A stretch of 64,000 nt of DNA from a bacterium (lineage in GTDB: Bacteria > SZUA-182 > DTGQ01 > JAFGSM01): positions 64,001 to 128,000 of the forward strand of contig JBLIRN010000001.1 in NCBI GenBank assembly GCA_049472315.1. Direction: 5' to 3'. The translations under genes and the position numbers were made by a program. Under the pieces are notes generated by a model that made no database searches, was not told the DNA's origin, and saw only the letters and a program-made list of their open reading frames with translations. Numbering within the stretch: the first letter of the stretch is position 1; every line of letters begins with the position of its first letter. Positions 19,395 through 30,269 of the stretch are shown here, piece by piece.

Positions 19395-20618
19395 ATGGCG
19401 GTCTATGAATACAAGGCACTGGACACGAAGGGAAAAACGGTTCGGGGGGTTATCGATGCCTCGACCTCCATGGAGGCACGGACCAAGCTCAGGCGTGACG
19501 GGATCTTCGCCTTCGAATTGAAGACCGCGGAACTCGAGCAGGTTCTCCCTGAAAAACAGCTTTTCACCACAGGGATATTTCGCTGGATCAAGAAGGCCGA
19601 GGTCGCACTCATCACCCGCCAGCTCGCCACCCTCCTCAAGGCAGGCCTTCCCCTCGACCAATCACTGACCGCGCTCATCGATCAGGTGGAATCGGAGCCA
19701 CTCAAGAAGATCATCATCCAGATTCGGGAGAAGGTAAAGGAGGGGAGCGCATTTTCCGATGCCCTGGCGGAACATCCCCGGGTCTTCTCCGATCTTTACT
19801 GCCACATGGTGCGGGCCGGAGAGGCGAGCGGCGCGCTGGACCTCGTACTGGAGCGCCTCGCGGACTTCCTGGAGCAAAGCATCCAGCAGCAGCGGAAGAT
19901 CAAGGCGAGCCTCGCCTACCCCATCCTCATGTGCGTCATCGGGGTTGCAGTCATCATCTTCCTGATGATATTCGTGATCCCCACCATCACCAACATCTTC
20001 AGCGAGATGAGCCAGCAGCTTCCCCTGCCCACCCAGATCCTGATATCCACCAGCTTCTTCATACGCGACTTCTGGGTGGTCATTGCAGGGGCGATCATCG
20101 CCATCTATTTCATCCTTCGCCGCTATGTCAAGACGGAATCGGGACGGTTGCTCAAGGATTCCCTGAGCCTGAAGGTCCCCATCTTCGGCAGTCTCAAAAA
20201 AAAGTTTGCCATCGCCCGTTTCGCTCAGACCATGGGGACCCTCCTGAGCGGCGGCCTCCCCATCCTGGAGGCCCTCAGGATCGTCCGCCACATCGTGGAC
20301 AACGAGGTCATAGGCCGGGCAATCGACCGCGTTGCACTGAGCGTTCAGGAGGGGGAGGAGATCGCCCCGCCCCTCAAGAGGGAGGGCATCTTTCCTCCCA
20401 TCGTTATTCACATGGTGTCAGTGGGTGAAAAGAGCGGCCAGATGGAGGAGATGCTCCATAAGATCGCAGAGGCGTACACCAACGAGGTCGAATCCGCCAT
20501 CGCCGGGCTCACCTCGGTACTTGAGCCCCTCATCATCCTTTTCATGGGGGTGCTGGTCGGTTTCATCGTCATGTCGATCCTGTGGCCGATATTTGAGATA
20601 AACCAACTGATCAGTTGA
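19395..20618 (+). CDS. gspF: Type II secretion inner-membrane platform protein
   Basis: MAVYEYKA, RQLATLL.AG.PL, GEASG.LD.VL, GEKSG, LEP. Confidence 0.93.
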   Translation: MAVYEYKALDTKGKTVRGVIDASTSMEARTKLRRDGIFAFELKTAELEQVLPEKQLFTTGIFRWIKKAEVALITRQLATLLKAGLPLDQSLTALIDQVESEPLKKIIIQIREKVKEGSAFSDALAEHPRVFSDLYCHMVRAGEASGALDLVLERLADFLEQSIQQQRKIKASLAYPILMCVIGVAVIIFLMIFVIPTITNIFSEMSQQLPLPTQILISTSFFIRDFWVVIAGAIIAIYFILRRYVKTESGRLLKDSLSLKVPIFGSLKKKFAIARFAQTMGTLLSGGLPILEALRIVRHIVDNEVIGRAIDRVALSVQEGEEIAPPLKREGIFPPIVIHMVSVGEKSGQMEEMLHKIAEAYTNEVESAIAGLTSVLEPLIILFMGVLVGFIVMSILWPIFEINQLIS

Positions 20619-20648
20619 TCGGCGTATCGCCGGGCAGGAGGGCGCACA

Positions 20649-21341
20649 ATGTCATTCGAGCATTTCAGGCATCATTTACGGAACAAGTTCCTTGCGGGAC
20701 TCCTGGTAATTCTGCCTGCATTCATCACGATCCTCATGGTTCGTTTCAGCTTCGGCCTTTTCGAGCGCCTCTTCGCCGGTCCCTTCGCCTTTTTCGCCAG
20801 GCTGGCAGGGCTTTCCGGTCGGTTCACCACCTATCTTTCCGGGATACTGGGCCTACTGAGCCTTTTGTGCATCACGTACATAACGGGACTCATCGTCACC
20901 AATGTCATCGGAAAGAAGACCGTCCATATCGGCGAACGATTGTTGAGCAAGGTCCCCCTGGTATGGAGCATCTACCATTCCTCAAAGCAGCTCATGGAAT
21001 CGATATCCGTATCGGGCAAGAAGGCGTTCAGGCAGGTGGTCCTGGTGGAATATCCGCGCAGGGGGGTGTACACCATCGGCTTCCTGACCTCCGATGCACA
21101 GGGCGAGGTGCAACTGGTCACGGAAAAGGAGACGGTCAACATCTTTGTCCCCACCACCCCGAATCCCACCTCCGGCGTCCTGATCATCGTGCCTCGGGAG
21201 GATCTGATCACCCTTGACATGAGCATCGAGGAGGGGATCAAGGTGGTGGTCTCAGGGGGGATGGTGGTGCCTCCGCTGCCGGAAAAGTACAGACGAATGG
21301 CCGAGGAACAAAAAACCGGGAAGAACAAAACGGCGGAGTGA
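20649..21341 (+). CDS. DUF502-family membrane protein
   Basis: FLAGLLVILP, VVLVEYPR.G, FVPTTPNPTSG. Confidence 0.9.
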   Translation: MSFEHFRHHLRNKFLAGLLVILPAFITILMVRFSFGLFERLFAGPFAFFARLAGLSGRFTTYLSGILGLLSLLCITYITGLIVTNVIGKKTVHIGERLLSKVPLVWSIYHSSKQLMESISVSGKKAFRQVVLVEYPRRGVYTIGFLTSDAQGEVQLVTEKETVNIFVPTTPNPTSGVLIIVPREDLITLDMSIEEGIKVVVSGGMVVPPLPEKYRRMAEEQKTGKNKTAE

Positions 21342-21686
21342 GGCTACCTGCGCCTGATACGGGGAGGGATGAGCCTCAGGAAAACCATGAAATACACCGC
21401 GGTCTGGTTGATGCAGTACATGAAGAGAGCAGCTGTCTTTCGATCGTTTGCGCACAGAATAAGGTAGTACCCGTTCAACTTGTTTATCACCACATCCTGG
21501 AGAAAGTTACTCATTATTAAGAACCTCACTAATGCCCGAGGCATTCCTTTTTTTGATTGCCGATTGATCATGGTATACTCTTTTTAATGTGTTCTACTAT
21601 GTTGGGCGGTGCAATGATGCAAACGATTACGAAAGGGGAGACATTGTAATTGCTCAATATATTGAGCGGTTACAGTATATCGGATA

Positions 21687-23288
21687 ATGATCAAGAGTCA
21701 ACCTCCCAGGAAGGAAGACCGGGATGAACCCGTCAGGAGGATCACCGCTTCCGACGAGATAGCCTCTTCATATGGTGCATACCTCATGGACGAGTCCCGC
21801 TTCGGGCCCGGCTGGGCTGAGGAGATCGTCTTCCCTGCGACAGAGGCCGAGGTCTGCGCGATTTTACAGGAGATGGCGCAACGACACGTGCCCGTTACCG
21901 TATCCGGGGCGCGGACCGGGATCACCTCCGCAGCGGTGCCATGTGGCGGCGTGCTCATGAGCATGGAGCGGATGGATCGTGTCCTGGACATCCTCCGGGA
22001 ACGGGACGGCGGATGGTCGGTATGGGTTGAGCCTGGTTTCAGGCTCAGCGATTTTCATGAACAGGTGGAGACAAAACACCTGCCCGCACCGGAGGGGAAA
22101 CTGGGCACCTTCAGGGAAGACCCCCGTACCTATTTCTATCCACCGGACCCGACCGAGGAAACCGCGCTCATCGGTTCGACCGTGGCGACCAATGCCTCCG
22201 GGGCACGCTCCCTGCGCTACGGTTCCACGCGCAATTTTGTGCAGGCCCTGCGGGTGGCCCTCACCAACGGTGAGGTGCTGGAACTCGAGAGGGGCCGATG
22301 TCCCCTTTCTTCCGACGGCATGTTTCGGATCATTGATACAACGGGGAGGGAGACCTCCTTCCATCCACCCCGCTACGTCACCTCGGATGCAAAGTCCACC
22401 TGCGGGTATTTCAGCAGGCCGGGGATGGACCTGATCGACCTTTTCATCGGATCCGAGGGGACCCTGGGGGTGGTCACCGCAGTGCGGCTGAAACTGATTC
22501 AAAAACCCGAGGCGATCCTGGGCGCCCTCTCCTTCTTCCCCGAAGAGGATCATGCGATCTCCTTCGCCATTGAGGCTCGACAAGGGCTCCTCCCCCTATG
22601 CCTCGAATATTTCGACTCCCGTTCCCTGGACCTGTTACGCCGGGAGGAGGTCCCCTTCAGTGTGCCCTCCGGGGCAGGGGCGGCAATCTTCTGGGAAACG
22701 GCCTATAAGGAGGATGACATCGAGGAGATGTACGAGGCATGGGAGACCCTGCTTCTCGCCCACGGGGCATCCATGGACGAGACCTGGTCGGGGATGGAAA
22801 GGGCGGACTGGGAACGATTGAAGGCATTCCGACACATGATCCCCGAGCTGATAAACCGCATCATAGGGCAGAGAAAGGGAAGGCACAAAAAAATTCATAA
22901 GGTGAGCACGGATATGGCGGTCCCTGACCGTCACCTTCGGGACATGCTGGAGGCCTATCGCAGAGGGCTGCACACATCAGGCCTTGAATATGTCATCTTC
23001 GGCCATATCGGCGACAACCACCTGCATGTCAATATCCTTCCCCATGACGCATCGCAGGTGAGCACAGCAGGCGAACTGGTCATGTCCCTGGCACGCACCG
23101 CGGTCTCCCTGGGCGGGGTGGTGGCTGCCGAGCACGGGATCGGGAAAATGAAGCACGAGCTGGTGAGGATACAATACGGGGACGAGGGACTGCGGGAGAT
23201 GGCCCGGGTCAAAAGGGCACTCGATCCCCCGGCCATTCTTGGAAGAGGAAACATCGTGCCGGAAGCGCTCCTGGACAGCACCCCTTAG
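21687..23288 (+). CDS. FAD-linked oxidoreductase (GlcD / D-lactate dehydrogenase family)
   Basis: GARTG, YPPDPTE, ATNASG, IGSEGTLG, GHIGDNHLH, AEHGIG. Confidence 0.9.
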   Translation: MIKSQPPRKEDRDEPVRRITASDEIASSYGAYLMDESRFGPGWAEEIVFPATEAEVCAILQEMAQRHVPVTVSGARTGITSAAVPCGGVLMSMERMDRVLDILRERDGGWSVWVEPGFRLSDFHEQVETKHLPAPEGKLGTFREDPRTYFYPPDPTEETALIGSTVATNASGARSLRYGSTRNFVQALRVALTNGEVLELERGRCPLSSDGMFRIIDTTGRETSFHPPRYVTSDAKSTCGYFSRPGMDLIDLFIGSEGTLGVVTAVRLKLIQKPEAILGALSFFPEEDHAISFAIEARQGLLPLCLEYFDSRSLDLLRREEVPFSVPSGAGAAIFWETAYKEDDIEEMYEAWETLLLAHGASMDETWSGMERADWERLKAFRHMIPELINRIIGQRKGRHKKIHKVSTDMAVPDRHLRDMLEAYRRGLHTSGLEYVIFGHIGDNHLHVNILPHDASQVSTAGELVMSLARTAVSLGGVVAAEHGIGKMKHELVRIQYGDEGLREMARVKRALDPPAILGRGNIVPEALLDSTP

Positions 23289-23740
23289 GGCCACGTCGTA
23301 TCCCGCAGGAACGGCTGCGATCCATTCTCTGCAGAAACGGGAATGCACGTCATGGGGCGGCAGATAACGGGACGTGTTGTGCAAAGGGGAAGGGCATCCT
23401 GCCTCACTATAGTAAAATAATAAAAAAGACAAATATTGCACTAATGAATGAATATAATGCATCATGGTTGCAACTATCATGTCCTGAAAAATACGGGCAG
23501 GAAGCATCGCAACCCATTAAAATATCAAATAGTTCGGCGGCCATCCATATTCTTCTCCCCCTGCCGGATCGAGATCCCTTCCCCCGCTACTTCCGAATCT
23601 TCACCCCTTACAGGCCCTTTTCCTTCCGATCTGTTATCCCTTGCGTCGAGAAATAATGTTCTAAATTTCATAATGTTACATGACAAGCCCGGAATGTGTC
23701 CATGCCCTTTCATATCCCTTTTATGGGAAAGGGCCCCTAT

Positions 23741-23756
23741 TGGCATAGCAGTTGCT
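23741..23756 (+). promoter_or_regulatory. Sigma-54 (-24/-12) promoter
   Basis: TGGCATAGCAGTTGCT, GG-N10-GC. Confidence 0.7.
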
Positions 23757-23808
23757 TTCTTGTGTAATATTACAGCTTATTGTGTATGAAAAACCGGGGG
23801 GAGAACCT

Positions 23809-24762
23809 ATGGGAGTGACCAATCTTCAGAAAAATCGCACACGCGCGATAACCGATTCGTGCCTTTGTTCCTTCTGTAACCAATTGTGCCCCTATCAGGC
23901 GAATACGACGGATGCCGATGCTCCCCCCGAGTCAAAAAGGAGGACCTCCACTTACAATGAGATGGTCCGCTGCCTCAAATGCCCCGTGATGCTATCCATT
24001 ATCTCGGCCAACTCGCGACTGCAACGTTTTTTCTCCTCGCTGGGGAATCAGATCTCAATCCTTGTACAGAAAATGGAGCTCGATCAGATGCTCCTCAACA
24101 AGCAGCGGTTTTGCCTTGAAACCATCCAGAGGGAACACAAGGACCACTGGACGAAGATCGGTTTGCAGGAAAGAGTGCTCCGGAACAGGATCACCAAGTA
24201 CGAGTACCTGCTCGCGAAAAGGGCGATCTATCTCCATACCCTCCAGGCGTTGAGCGCCATTATCGGCCAGATCCCCGATCCCGATATACTCTGGAGGAGG
24301 ACATCCGCACTTCTCACCAGCAGGCTTCCCGATCTTGAGGCAGTGGGCCTGCTGCTGTTGGAGGAGGATTGCTGTCGGGTCAGGAGGCAATTCACGGATA
24401 TGCTTCCGTTACGGATTTCCGCCCTGGTCAACGGCTTTTTCGACCAAGAGGATTTTTGCTCCCGGTTCGCTGAAAAGGACGCCTTTGTGAGCCTCTATCA
24501 GATTTACTGGGAGACCCGCAGGGGCAGGAAGAGACTGGGGCCCCGCACGGAAGAAATGATGGAGCGTTGCCTTCTTTTCCCGGTAAAGGTGCACCGCTTC
24601 CTTGCAGGAATCTTTGTCGTACTCATGAAGAATCTCTCCTCATCCGTTGAGGAGTGTGCCCCCTTTTTCTCAACCGCCGCGCGACTGATCGAGGAAGGAA
24701 TCATTGCGGTCATGGATGCATCGCCGCATGCCCGTCATGGAGAGGGCCGACACGGTCTTTGA
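23809..24762 (+). CDS. Hypothetical protein: Cys-rich N-terminus, coiled coil, possible GAF-like C-terminus
   Basis: Long ORF with RBS GGGGAG; CLCSFCNQLCPY...CLKCP; no recognised family. Confidence 0.65.
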   Translation: MGVTNLQKNRTRAITDSCLCSFCNQLCPYQANTTDADAPPESKRRTSTYNEMVRCLKCPVMLSIISANSRLQRFFSSLGNQISILVQKMELDQMLLNKQRFCLETIQREHKDHWTKIGLQERVLRNRITKYEYLLAKRAIYLHTLQALSAIIGQIPDPDILWRRTSALLTSRLPDLEAVGLLLLEEDCCRVRRQFTDMLPLRISALVNGFFDQEDFCSRFAEKDAFVSLYQIYWETRRGRKRLGPRTEEMMERCLLFPVKVHRFLAGIFVVLMKNLSSSVEECAPFFSTAARLIEEGIIAVMDASPHARHGEGRHGL

Positions 24763-24860
24763 CCGCCTTTGAGAGAAATATCCGCCTGCGCTAACCGCGC
24801 TTCCCCGTTGCAACACCCATCGATGTGCTCATTGACTGGAGCCCCTATCGCCTCGTAGAC

Positions 24861-24907
24861 AAACAAAAAGGCTGCCGGACTTTTTGATGATCAGGTCCGG
24901 CAGCCTT
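24861..24907 (-). terminator. Intrinsic terminator between convergent genes
   Basis: 13-bp stem AAGGCTGCCGGAC/GTCCGGCAGCCTT running into TTTGTTT on the minus strand. Confidence 0.8.
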
Positions 24908-24929
24908 GTAGTTTCAGGCTGATATCGTT

Positions 24930-25493
24930 TTAATAGCCGCCTCCGAAGAGCTGAAACAACTGTTGTGGATCGGCCTGGCCGTAGTACACGCCCTCCTGCT
25001 GGCCGTAGAGCGTATAGGGCTGGCCCGGCCGCGGCAATCTTTGGGCAGTAGTGCCGCCGCTACTCTGGGGGTAGTAGCCGCCAGTGCCGCCAGACATACC
25101 ATAGGGCATCATTCCACCGTATCCCTGCATACCATAGCCCTGCATGCCGTAGGGCTGCATGCCATAGCCCTGCATGCCGTAGCCAGCCTGCATGCCATAG
25201 GGCTGCATGCCATAGCCGCCGCCATAACCGTATTGAGGCTGCATGCCATAGCCCTGCATGCCGTAGCCAGCCTGCATGCCATAGGGCTGCATGCCATAGC
25301 CGCCGCCATAACCGTATTGAGGCTGCATGCCGTAGCCCTGCATGCCGTAGCCAGCCTGCATGCCATAGGGCTGCATGCCATAGCCGCCGAATTGGGGCAT
25401 GAACTGGGCGAAGCTTGACGGAACGGTTGAAAGGATGACTAAGAGACAAAGGATACCTACAAATGTTAACGCACTTGAAACCTTTTTCTTCAT
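24930..25493 (-). CDS. Secreted Gly/Tyr/Met/Gln-rich repeat protein (187 aa)
   Basis: Signal peptide MKKK...SFA-Q, 14 YGMQ motifs, RBS-like AGG upstream, terminator downstream. Confidence 0.8.
   Translation of the reverse strand: MKKKVSSALTFVGILCLLVILSTVPSSFAQFMPQFGGYGMQPYGMQAGYGMQGYGMQPQYGYGGGYGMQPYGMQAGYGMQGYGMQPQYGYGGGYGMQPYGMQAGYGMQGYGMQPYGMQGYGMQGYGGMMPYGMSGGTGGYYPQSSGGTTAQRLPRPGQPYTLYGQQEGVYYGQADPQQLFQLFGGGY
25120..25389 (-). repeat. 84-bp tandem repeat (about 2.8 copies) built from 15-18-bp subunits
   Basis: ccgtattgaggctgcatgcc at 25228 and 25312; unit [28 protein letters not shown]. Confidence 0.9.
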
Positions 25494-25864
25494 AACCTGC
25501 TCACTCTTTCCTTCTTTGTAATTTGACCCAAAGAACCTAATTCAAAAGAAAGCTGTTTGCCTTTTCACCTCGCTCTCTTTAGTTGAAAATCATCGCAGCA
25601 AAATCTTGCTTAATGATTGACAATGCGTCTTTGTTTTCCACAATTACGACGTGACTTTATCGGCCCCCCATCCTCTTAAGAAAACTAAGAAATTCCCGGG
25701 TTCACCAACCTTTTGCAACTGCATGAAAATAAAACAATTCTTAATCTATCCCTTCACGCATCAGCAGTGTGGAAGGTGAAGAACATTCCGGATACACCTC
25801 GTTTCACTTAAATCGTATAGACATACTATTATTAAGACGGAAATAAATACTCTTCATTATGCTT

Positions 25865-25880
25865 TGCAAAAAAAATGCCC
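25865..25880 (-). promoter_or_regulatory. Candidate sigma-54 promoter
   Basis: GGGCATTTTTTTTGCA, GG-N10-GC, about 370 nt upstream of the repeat gene. Confidence 0.5.
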
Positions 25881-26082
25881 ATGGTATTCAGCATACACCC
25901 CATGCATACACAAAGGATCAGGATCTCTCAAATCCATTACATAATGGGCCGTTAACGTATTTCTCACCGGTTCGGCTCGATTGGCCGATCATGTGATGGG
26001 GGGTGCCAAGATGCAATATTTTGCATACTTTCGGACAGGTATCTGCCATGTCGGGCGAAGGCACTACTGGATTCCTCAATGC

Positions 26083-26808
26083 CTATGCAATACGTTCCTG
26101 GCCGATTTCATCCCGTATGAGCAGGGTGTTGGGATCCAGGAGAAGGTGGAGGTCCTCCACATTGGGATTGTCGTGGTCCTTCATAAGGCGCAGGCGAACG
26201 GAATCTCCAAAGGGTTCAAGGAACACGACCACGCTCAGGAGATCGTCAACCAGATGACAGGGGGCCGGGATACCCCGATCATTGACGACCACCCCCTCCC
26301 GGTGGGTCTGCACAGCAAACCAGATCTCCATGGCATGCGCCCGGGCGAGATCCTTGATCCGCTCCATGTCTGATCTGGAGAGCGATTCGAAGAAATGACC
26401 ATCCACGAGCACCACATCGGGTGCGAATCCACTGTGCTGCTTCAGCCTGGCGATCCCCGCCTCCATCCGGTCCGCACTGAACATGTGGTCCGTATAGCTC
26501 TGGATAATCCGCCTGGGTTCGATTTCACCCAGAATGGACTCCGCGGGGAGCAGGTTGCATGACCGGGCGAGGTCCCCCAGCATCTCGTTGTACCAGTCCC
26601 GTACCTCGTCCACCCTCTTTCCCACTGAAAAATGGAGGACATTCTGCCCTCTGAGGAGGTTATCCAGGGATATCTGAATCAGGCAGGCCGTCTTTCCCAC
26701 CCCGGCCCTCGCCATGATGGCCCCCAGGTTTCCCTTGCCCAATCCTCCATGAATGCCCTTTTCAAAGATCCTCATCGGATTTTTTTTGGAAATAGCATCG
26801 CGCCACAT
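26083..26808 (-). CDS. RecA/KaiC-like P-loop protein
   Basis: GGLGKGNLG...ARAGVGKT Walker A, VVLVDG Walker B-like; RBS GAGGTG; downstream of fusA. Confidence 0.75.
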   Translation of the reverse strand: MWRDAISKKNPMRIFEKGIHGGLGKGNLGAIMARAGVGKTACLIQISLDNLLRGQNVLHFSVGKRVDEVRDWYNEMLGDLARSCNLLPAESILGEIEPRRIIQSYTDHMFSADRMEAGIARLKQHSGFAPDVVLVDGHFFESLSRSDMERIKDLARAHAMEIWFAVQTHREGVVVNDRGIPAPCHLVDDLLSVVVFLEPFGDSVRLRLMKDHDNPNVEDLHLLLDPNTLLIRDEIGQERIA

Positions 26809-26881
26809 AGCTAGTTCACCTCTCTTGTTATGCCTGGTTCCTCTGCGCACGGTCTTCAGAGGTCCCCTATAGATTTCCATG

Positions 26882-28972
26882 TCACGCTGCCTTCTGGGAG
26901 GCGATCTTCTCACTATATTCCTTCTTGAGCTGCTCCGCGATATTATGAGGCACCTGTTTATACCGGCAGAACTCCATGGTGAATTCCGCCTTGCCCTGGG
27001 TTGCAGACCTCAGCACGGTGGAGTAACCGAACATATCGGCCAGGGGGACCTCGGCCTCAATGATGGAGAAGCTCGATTCCTCTGTGGTGCCGATAATGAT
27101 CCCGCGCCGTTGATTGAGGGTGGCCATCACCGCACCCTGAAACTCGGTGGGCACCTCCACCACGACCTTCATGATGGGCTCCAGGATGATCGGCTTCGCC
27201 TTTTGGTACGCCTGGCGGAAACCGCCTATTGCCGCCTGCCGGAAGGCAATATCGGAGGAATCCACCGCATGGGCCGCACCGTCCGTCAGGGTGACCTGGA
27301 CGTTGGTAATGGGAAACCCTATCAGGCTTCCCTTGTCCAGACAACTCTGGAATCCCTTGTCACATGAAGGGATAAAATCATGCGGGATGTGTCCCCCCAC
27401 CACCTTATTTACAAAATTATACTGGCCTTCCGGATAGGGCTCTATGCTACCCAGGACCCTGCCGTACTGGCCTGCGCCCCCTGTCTGCTTCTTGTGAAGG
27501 TAGTCGAATTCCGCCGGCTGGGAAATGGTCTCCCGATAGGCGACCTGGGGCATGCCGGTCTGAACGGCCGCCCCGTACTCCCGCTTCATTCGCTCGATAT
27601 AGATGTCCAGGTGGAGTTCGCCCATTCCCGATATAATGGTTTGGCCTGACTCCTGGTCATAGTGGGCACGAAACGTAGGGTCCTCCTTGCAGAACCGATT
27701 GAGGGACTTGTTGAGACGGTCCTGGGACTTGTTGTCCTGAGGGGTGATGGCCAGGGATATGACCGGATCCGGCACATGCATGTACGACATGACGATATTT
27801 TCCCGCCCGTCCGAGAAGCTGTCCCCCGAGGCGCAGTCGACGCCGAACATGGCCACGATGTCTCCTGCGCTGCACTCCTCGATCTCCTCCATCTTATCGG
27901 CGTGCATCCTGGCCAATCTGCCCACCTTCAGTTTGTTCCCCGTACGGATGTTGAAGATGGTTCCTCCCCTGGTGAGCCTCCCCCGATAGACCCTCAAATA
28001 GGTCAATTGGCCGTAACGGCCCTCCTCGAGTTTGAATGCAAATGCCACCAATGGGGCCTCCGGATCAGGCGCCACTACCAGTTCCTCTGCGCTGCGGTCC
28101 AGATCGATCCCCCTGTTCTCGATATTCAGGGGACAGGCAAGGTAGTGCACCACCCCGTCCAGCAGGGGCTGAACTCCCTTGTTCTTATAAGCGGATCCGA
28201 GAAATACCGGGGTGATCTGGAGGGACAGGGTCCCCGCCCTCACGGCGTGATGAATCAAATCGGGGGTGACGCGCTCCTCAAGGATGGCCTCGGTCAGCTC
28301 GTCGGAGAAAAGGGACACCGTATCCAGCATTTGCTCTCTTCTCAGTTCCGCCTCCTCGAGAAGTTCCTCCGGAACGGGCTCCCGTCTCATGGTTTCACCG
28401 GAGGGTCCATCAAAATAGATCGCCTCCATGGTCACCAGATCCACCACGCCGTGAAACCCGGCCTCCAGGCCGATGGGGATCTGCATGAGCACTGCGTTCT
28501 GCCGCAATTTCTCCCGCACCTGTTTGACCACCCGAACGGGATTGGCACCACTGCGGTCGCATTTATTGATGAAGGCGATTCTGGGCACCCGGTATCGCTC
28601 CATCTGCCGAGTCACGGTGATCGACTGGGATTGCACTCCACCCACCGCACAGAGCACCAGGATGGCGCCGTCCAGGACCCGCAGCGAGCGCTCCACCTCG
28701 ATGGTGAAATCCACATGCCCGGGGGTATCGATGATATTGATGAAATGACCTGCCCATTCGCAGTAGGTTGCTGCGGAGGTGATGGTGATGCCGCGCTCCC
28801 TCTCGAGATCCATGAAATCCATGGTCGCACCTACCCCATCCTTCCCCTTGACGTCATGGATGGCGTGTATTCTCTTGGTATAGTAAAGGATACGCTCGGT
28901 GAGCGTGGTCTTGCCGGAATCGATGTGGGCGCTGATTCCGATATTTCTCAGTCTGTGAACATCAATGGTCAT
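26882..28972 (-). CDS. fusA: Elongation factor G (spdEFG1/mtEFG1-like, outside str operon)
   Basis: [54 protein letters not shown] insert. Confidence 0.95.
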   Translation of the reverse strand: MTIDVHRLRNIGISAHIDSGKTTLTERILYYTKRIHAIHDVKGKDGVGATMDFMDLERERGITITSAATYCEWAGHFINIIDTPGHVDFTIEVERSLRVLDGAILVLCAVGGVQSQSITVTRQMERYRVPRIAFINKCDRSGANPVRVVKQVREKLRQNAVLMQIPIGLEAGFHGVVDLVTMEAIYFDGPSGETMRREPVPEELLEEAELRREQMLDTVSLFSDELTEAILEERVTPDLIHHAVRAGTLSLQITPVFLGSAYKNKGVQPLLDGVVHYLACPLNIENRGIDLDRSAEELVVAPDPEAPLVAFAFKLEEGRYGQLTYLRVYRGRLTRGGTIFNIRTGNKLKVGRLARMHADKMEEIEECSAGDIVAMFGVDCASGDSFSDGRENIVMSYMHVPDPVISLAITPQDNKSQDRLNKSLNRFCKEDPTFRAHYDQESGQTIISGMGELHLDIYIERMKREYGAAVQTGMPQVAYRETISQPAEFDYLHKKQTGGAGQYGRVLGSIEPYPEGQYNFVNKVVGGHIPHDFIPSCDKGFQSCLDKGSLIGFPITNVQVTLTDGAAHAVDSSDIAFRQAAIGGFRQAYQKAKPIILEPIMKVVVEVPTEFQGAVMATLNQRRGIIIGTTEESSFSIIEAEVPLADMFGYSTVLRSATQGKAEFTMEFCRYKQVPHNIAEQLKKEYSEKIASQKAA

Positions 28973-29149
28973 AACACGCTATACCTCTTCATTTATAATA
29001 GTCGTTTCATTTTCTCCACGGCGATCATCCATCGCGTGCACCATGGGTTCATGAGCAGTGACCGCCGGAACGCCCATGAAGGATATATCCGAAATCCCTC
29101 GATTTTTTCATCCCCTTGCCGGGCCGGAGATCCACGGGTGTTCCATCGC

Positions 29150-30187
29150 TCACACATTGAACCTGACATGCATGATATCTCCGTCCTGCACTGCATATTC
29201 CTTCCCTTCCACCCTCAGAAGGCCCCTTTTACGGGCGGTTGCAAAATCCCCGCACTGGATGAACTCCTCATACCCGATCACCTCCGCCCGGATAAACCCG
29301 CGCTCTATATCCGAATGGATCTTGCCCGCAGCCTTCACCGCAATGGTCCCCTTTTGTATGGGCCAGGATCGGACCTCGTCCTCTCCCACGGTAAAAAAGG
29401 AGATCAGATCGAGGAGTTCATAGCTTACGGCAATAAACCGCTCGCTTGCAGGCTCCTCAACCCCCAGATCGGCAAGAAAGGCGCCCCGCTCCTCGGGTGC
29501 AAGCTGGGCGATCTCCTCTTCCAGGGAGCCGCAGATGGATAGCAGGCTCCACCCCTGACCCCTGCATTCCGCCTCTATCTGCTCAACCGGAAGCCCGGTC
29601 GGACCTTCCTCCCCGATGTTCAAAACCACCAGCACCGGTTTCCCGGTGACAAAGGTGTACCCGGCAATGCACGGATCCTCGCGCACCTCACGATCCAGAA
29701 ACGCAAGCCGCCGGTCCTGGCTGAGATGGCAGTGAATGGTTTCCATGAGCTCGAGCAGCGTGGGATTCCGGCGATCCTTCCGCAGCCGTTCGAGGGACTT
29801 CTCGGCCAGGATGAGATCGGAAAGGAGCATATCCGCCATGATGGTCCGTAATTCCTCCAGGGGGGCCGGGGGCATGCCGGTTGAAAATCCCTTCAGCACC
29901 AAGGCGAGCGCGTCGACGTCGTGCAGGTTCCTGATCATCTGGTCGCTGAATCCCTTTTCATCCTTTACCGATCCGGGAAAGTCGGCAAATCGGATCTGGG
30001 CGTATGTCTTCTTTTTGGGATTAAATATCTCCGCAAGCCTGTCGATCCGCTTGTCCGGCACCTGGATCAGGCCAAGGACATGCCCTTTTTTACATGCCGA
30101 GCTGTCCCCGTGCACCATCTGCCCTGTCAGGGAATTGAAGATGGTGGTCTTTCCGGAGCCATGAAGACCGATGATCCCGATGTTCAC
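29150..30187 (-). CDS. ychF: YchF/OLA1-like ATPase (divergent paralog)
   Basis: IGIIGL..SGKTT, VPDKR, FFTVGEDEVRSW, AAGKIHSD..RGFIRAEV, EGKEY.VQDGD; GTG start after GAGGAG. Confidence 0.85.
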   Translation of the reverse strand: MNIGIIGLHGSGKTTIFNSLTGQMVHGDSSACKKGHVLGLIQVPDKRIDRLAEIFNPKKKTYAQIRFADFPGSVKDEKGFSDQMIRNLHDVDALALVLKGFSTGMPPAPLEELRTIMADMLLSDLILAEKSLERLRKDRRNPTLLELMETIHCHLSQDRRLAFLDREVREDPCIAGYTFVTGKPVLVVLNIGEEGPTGLPVEQIEAECRGQGWSLLSICGSLEEEIAQLAPEERGAFLADLGVEEPASERFIAVSYELLDLISFFTVGEDEVRSWPIQKGTIAVKAAGKIHSDIERGFIRAEVIGYEEFIQCGDFATARKRGLLRVEGKEYAVQDGDIMHVRFNV

Positions 30188-30269
30188 AGGTCTCCTCCTC
30201 TCAAGCCAAAATTTCAATTATACTGCATCACGTGTCAAAAAGCAAAATATTCGATTTTCCAATGCACGG

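Noticed and set aside
25120..25389. Possible CRISPR array (also 62127-62352 and 33100-33960)
   Set aside because: In-frame coding tandem repeats with no unique spacers and no cas genes
27662..29542. Long antisense ORFs (e.g. 626 aa opposite fusA, 371 aa opposite msbA, 388 aa opposite gspE)
   Set aside because: Shadow frames expected from GC-rich codon bias; no motifs or RBS
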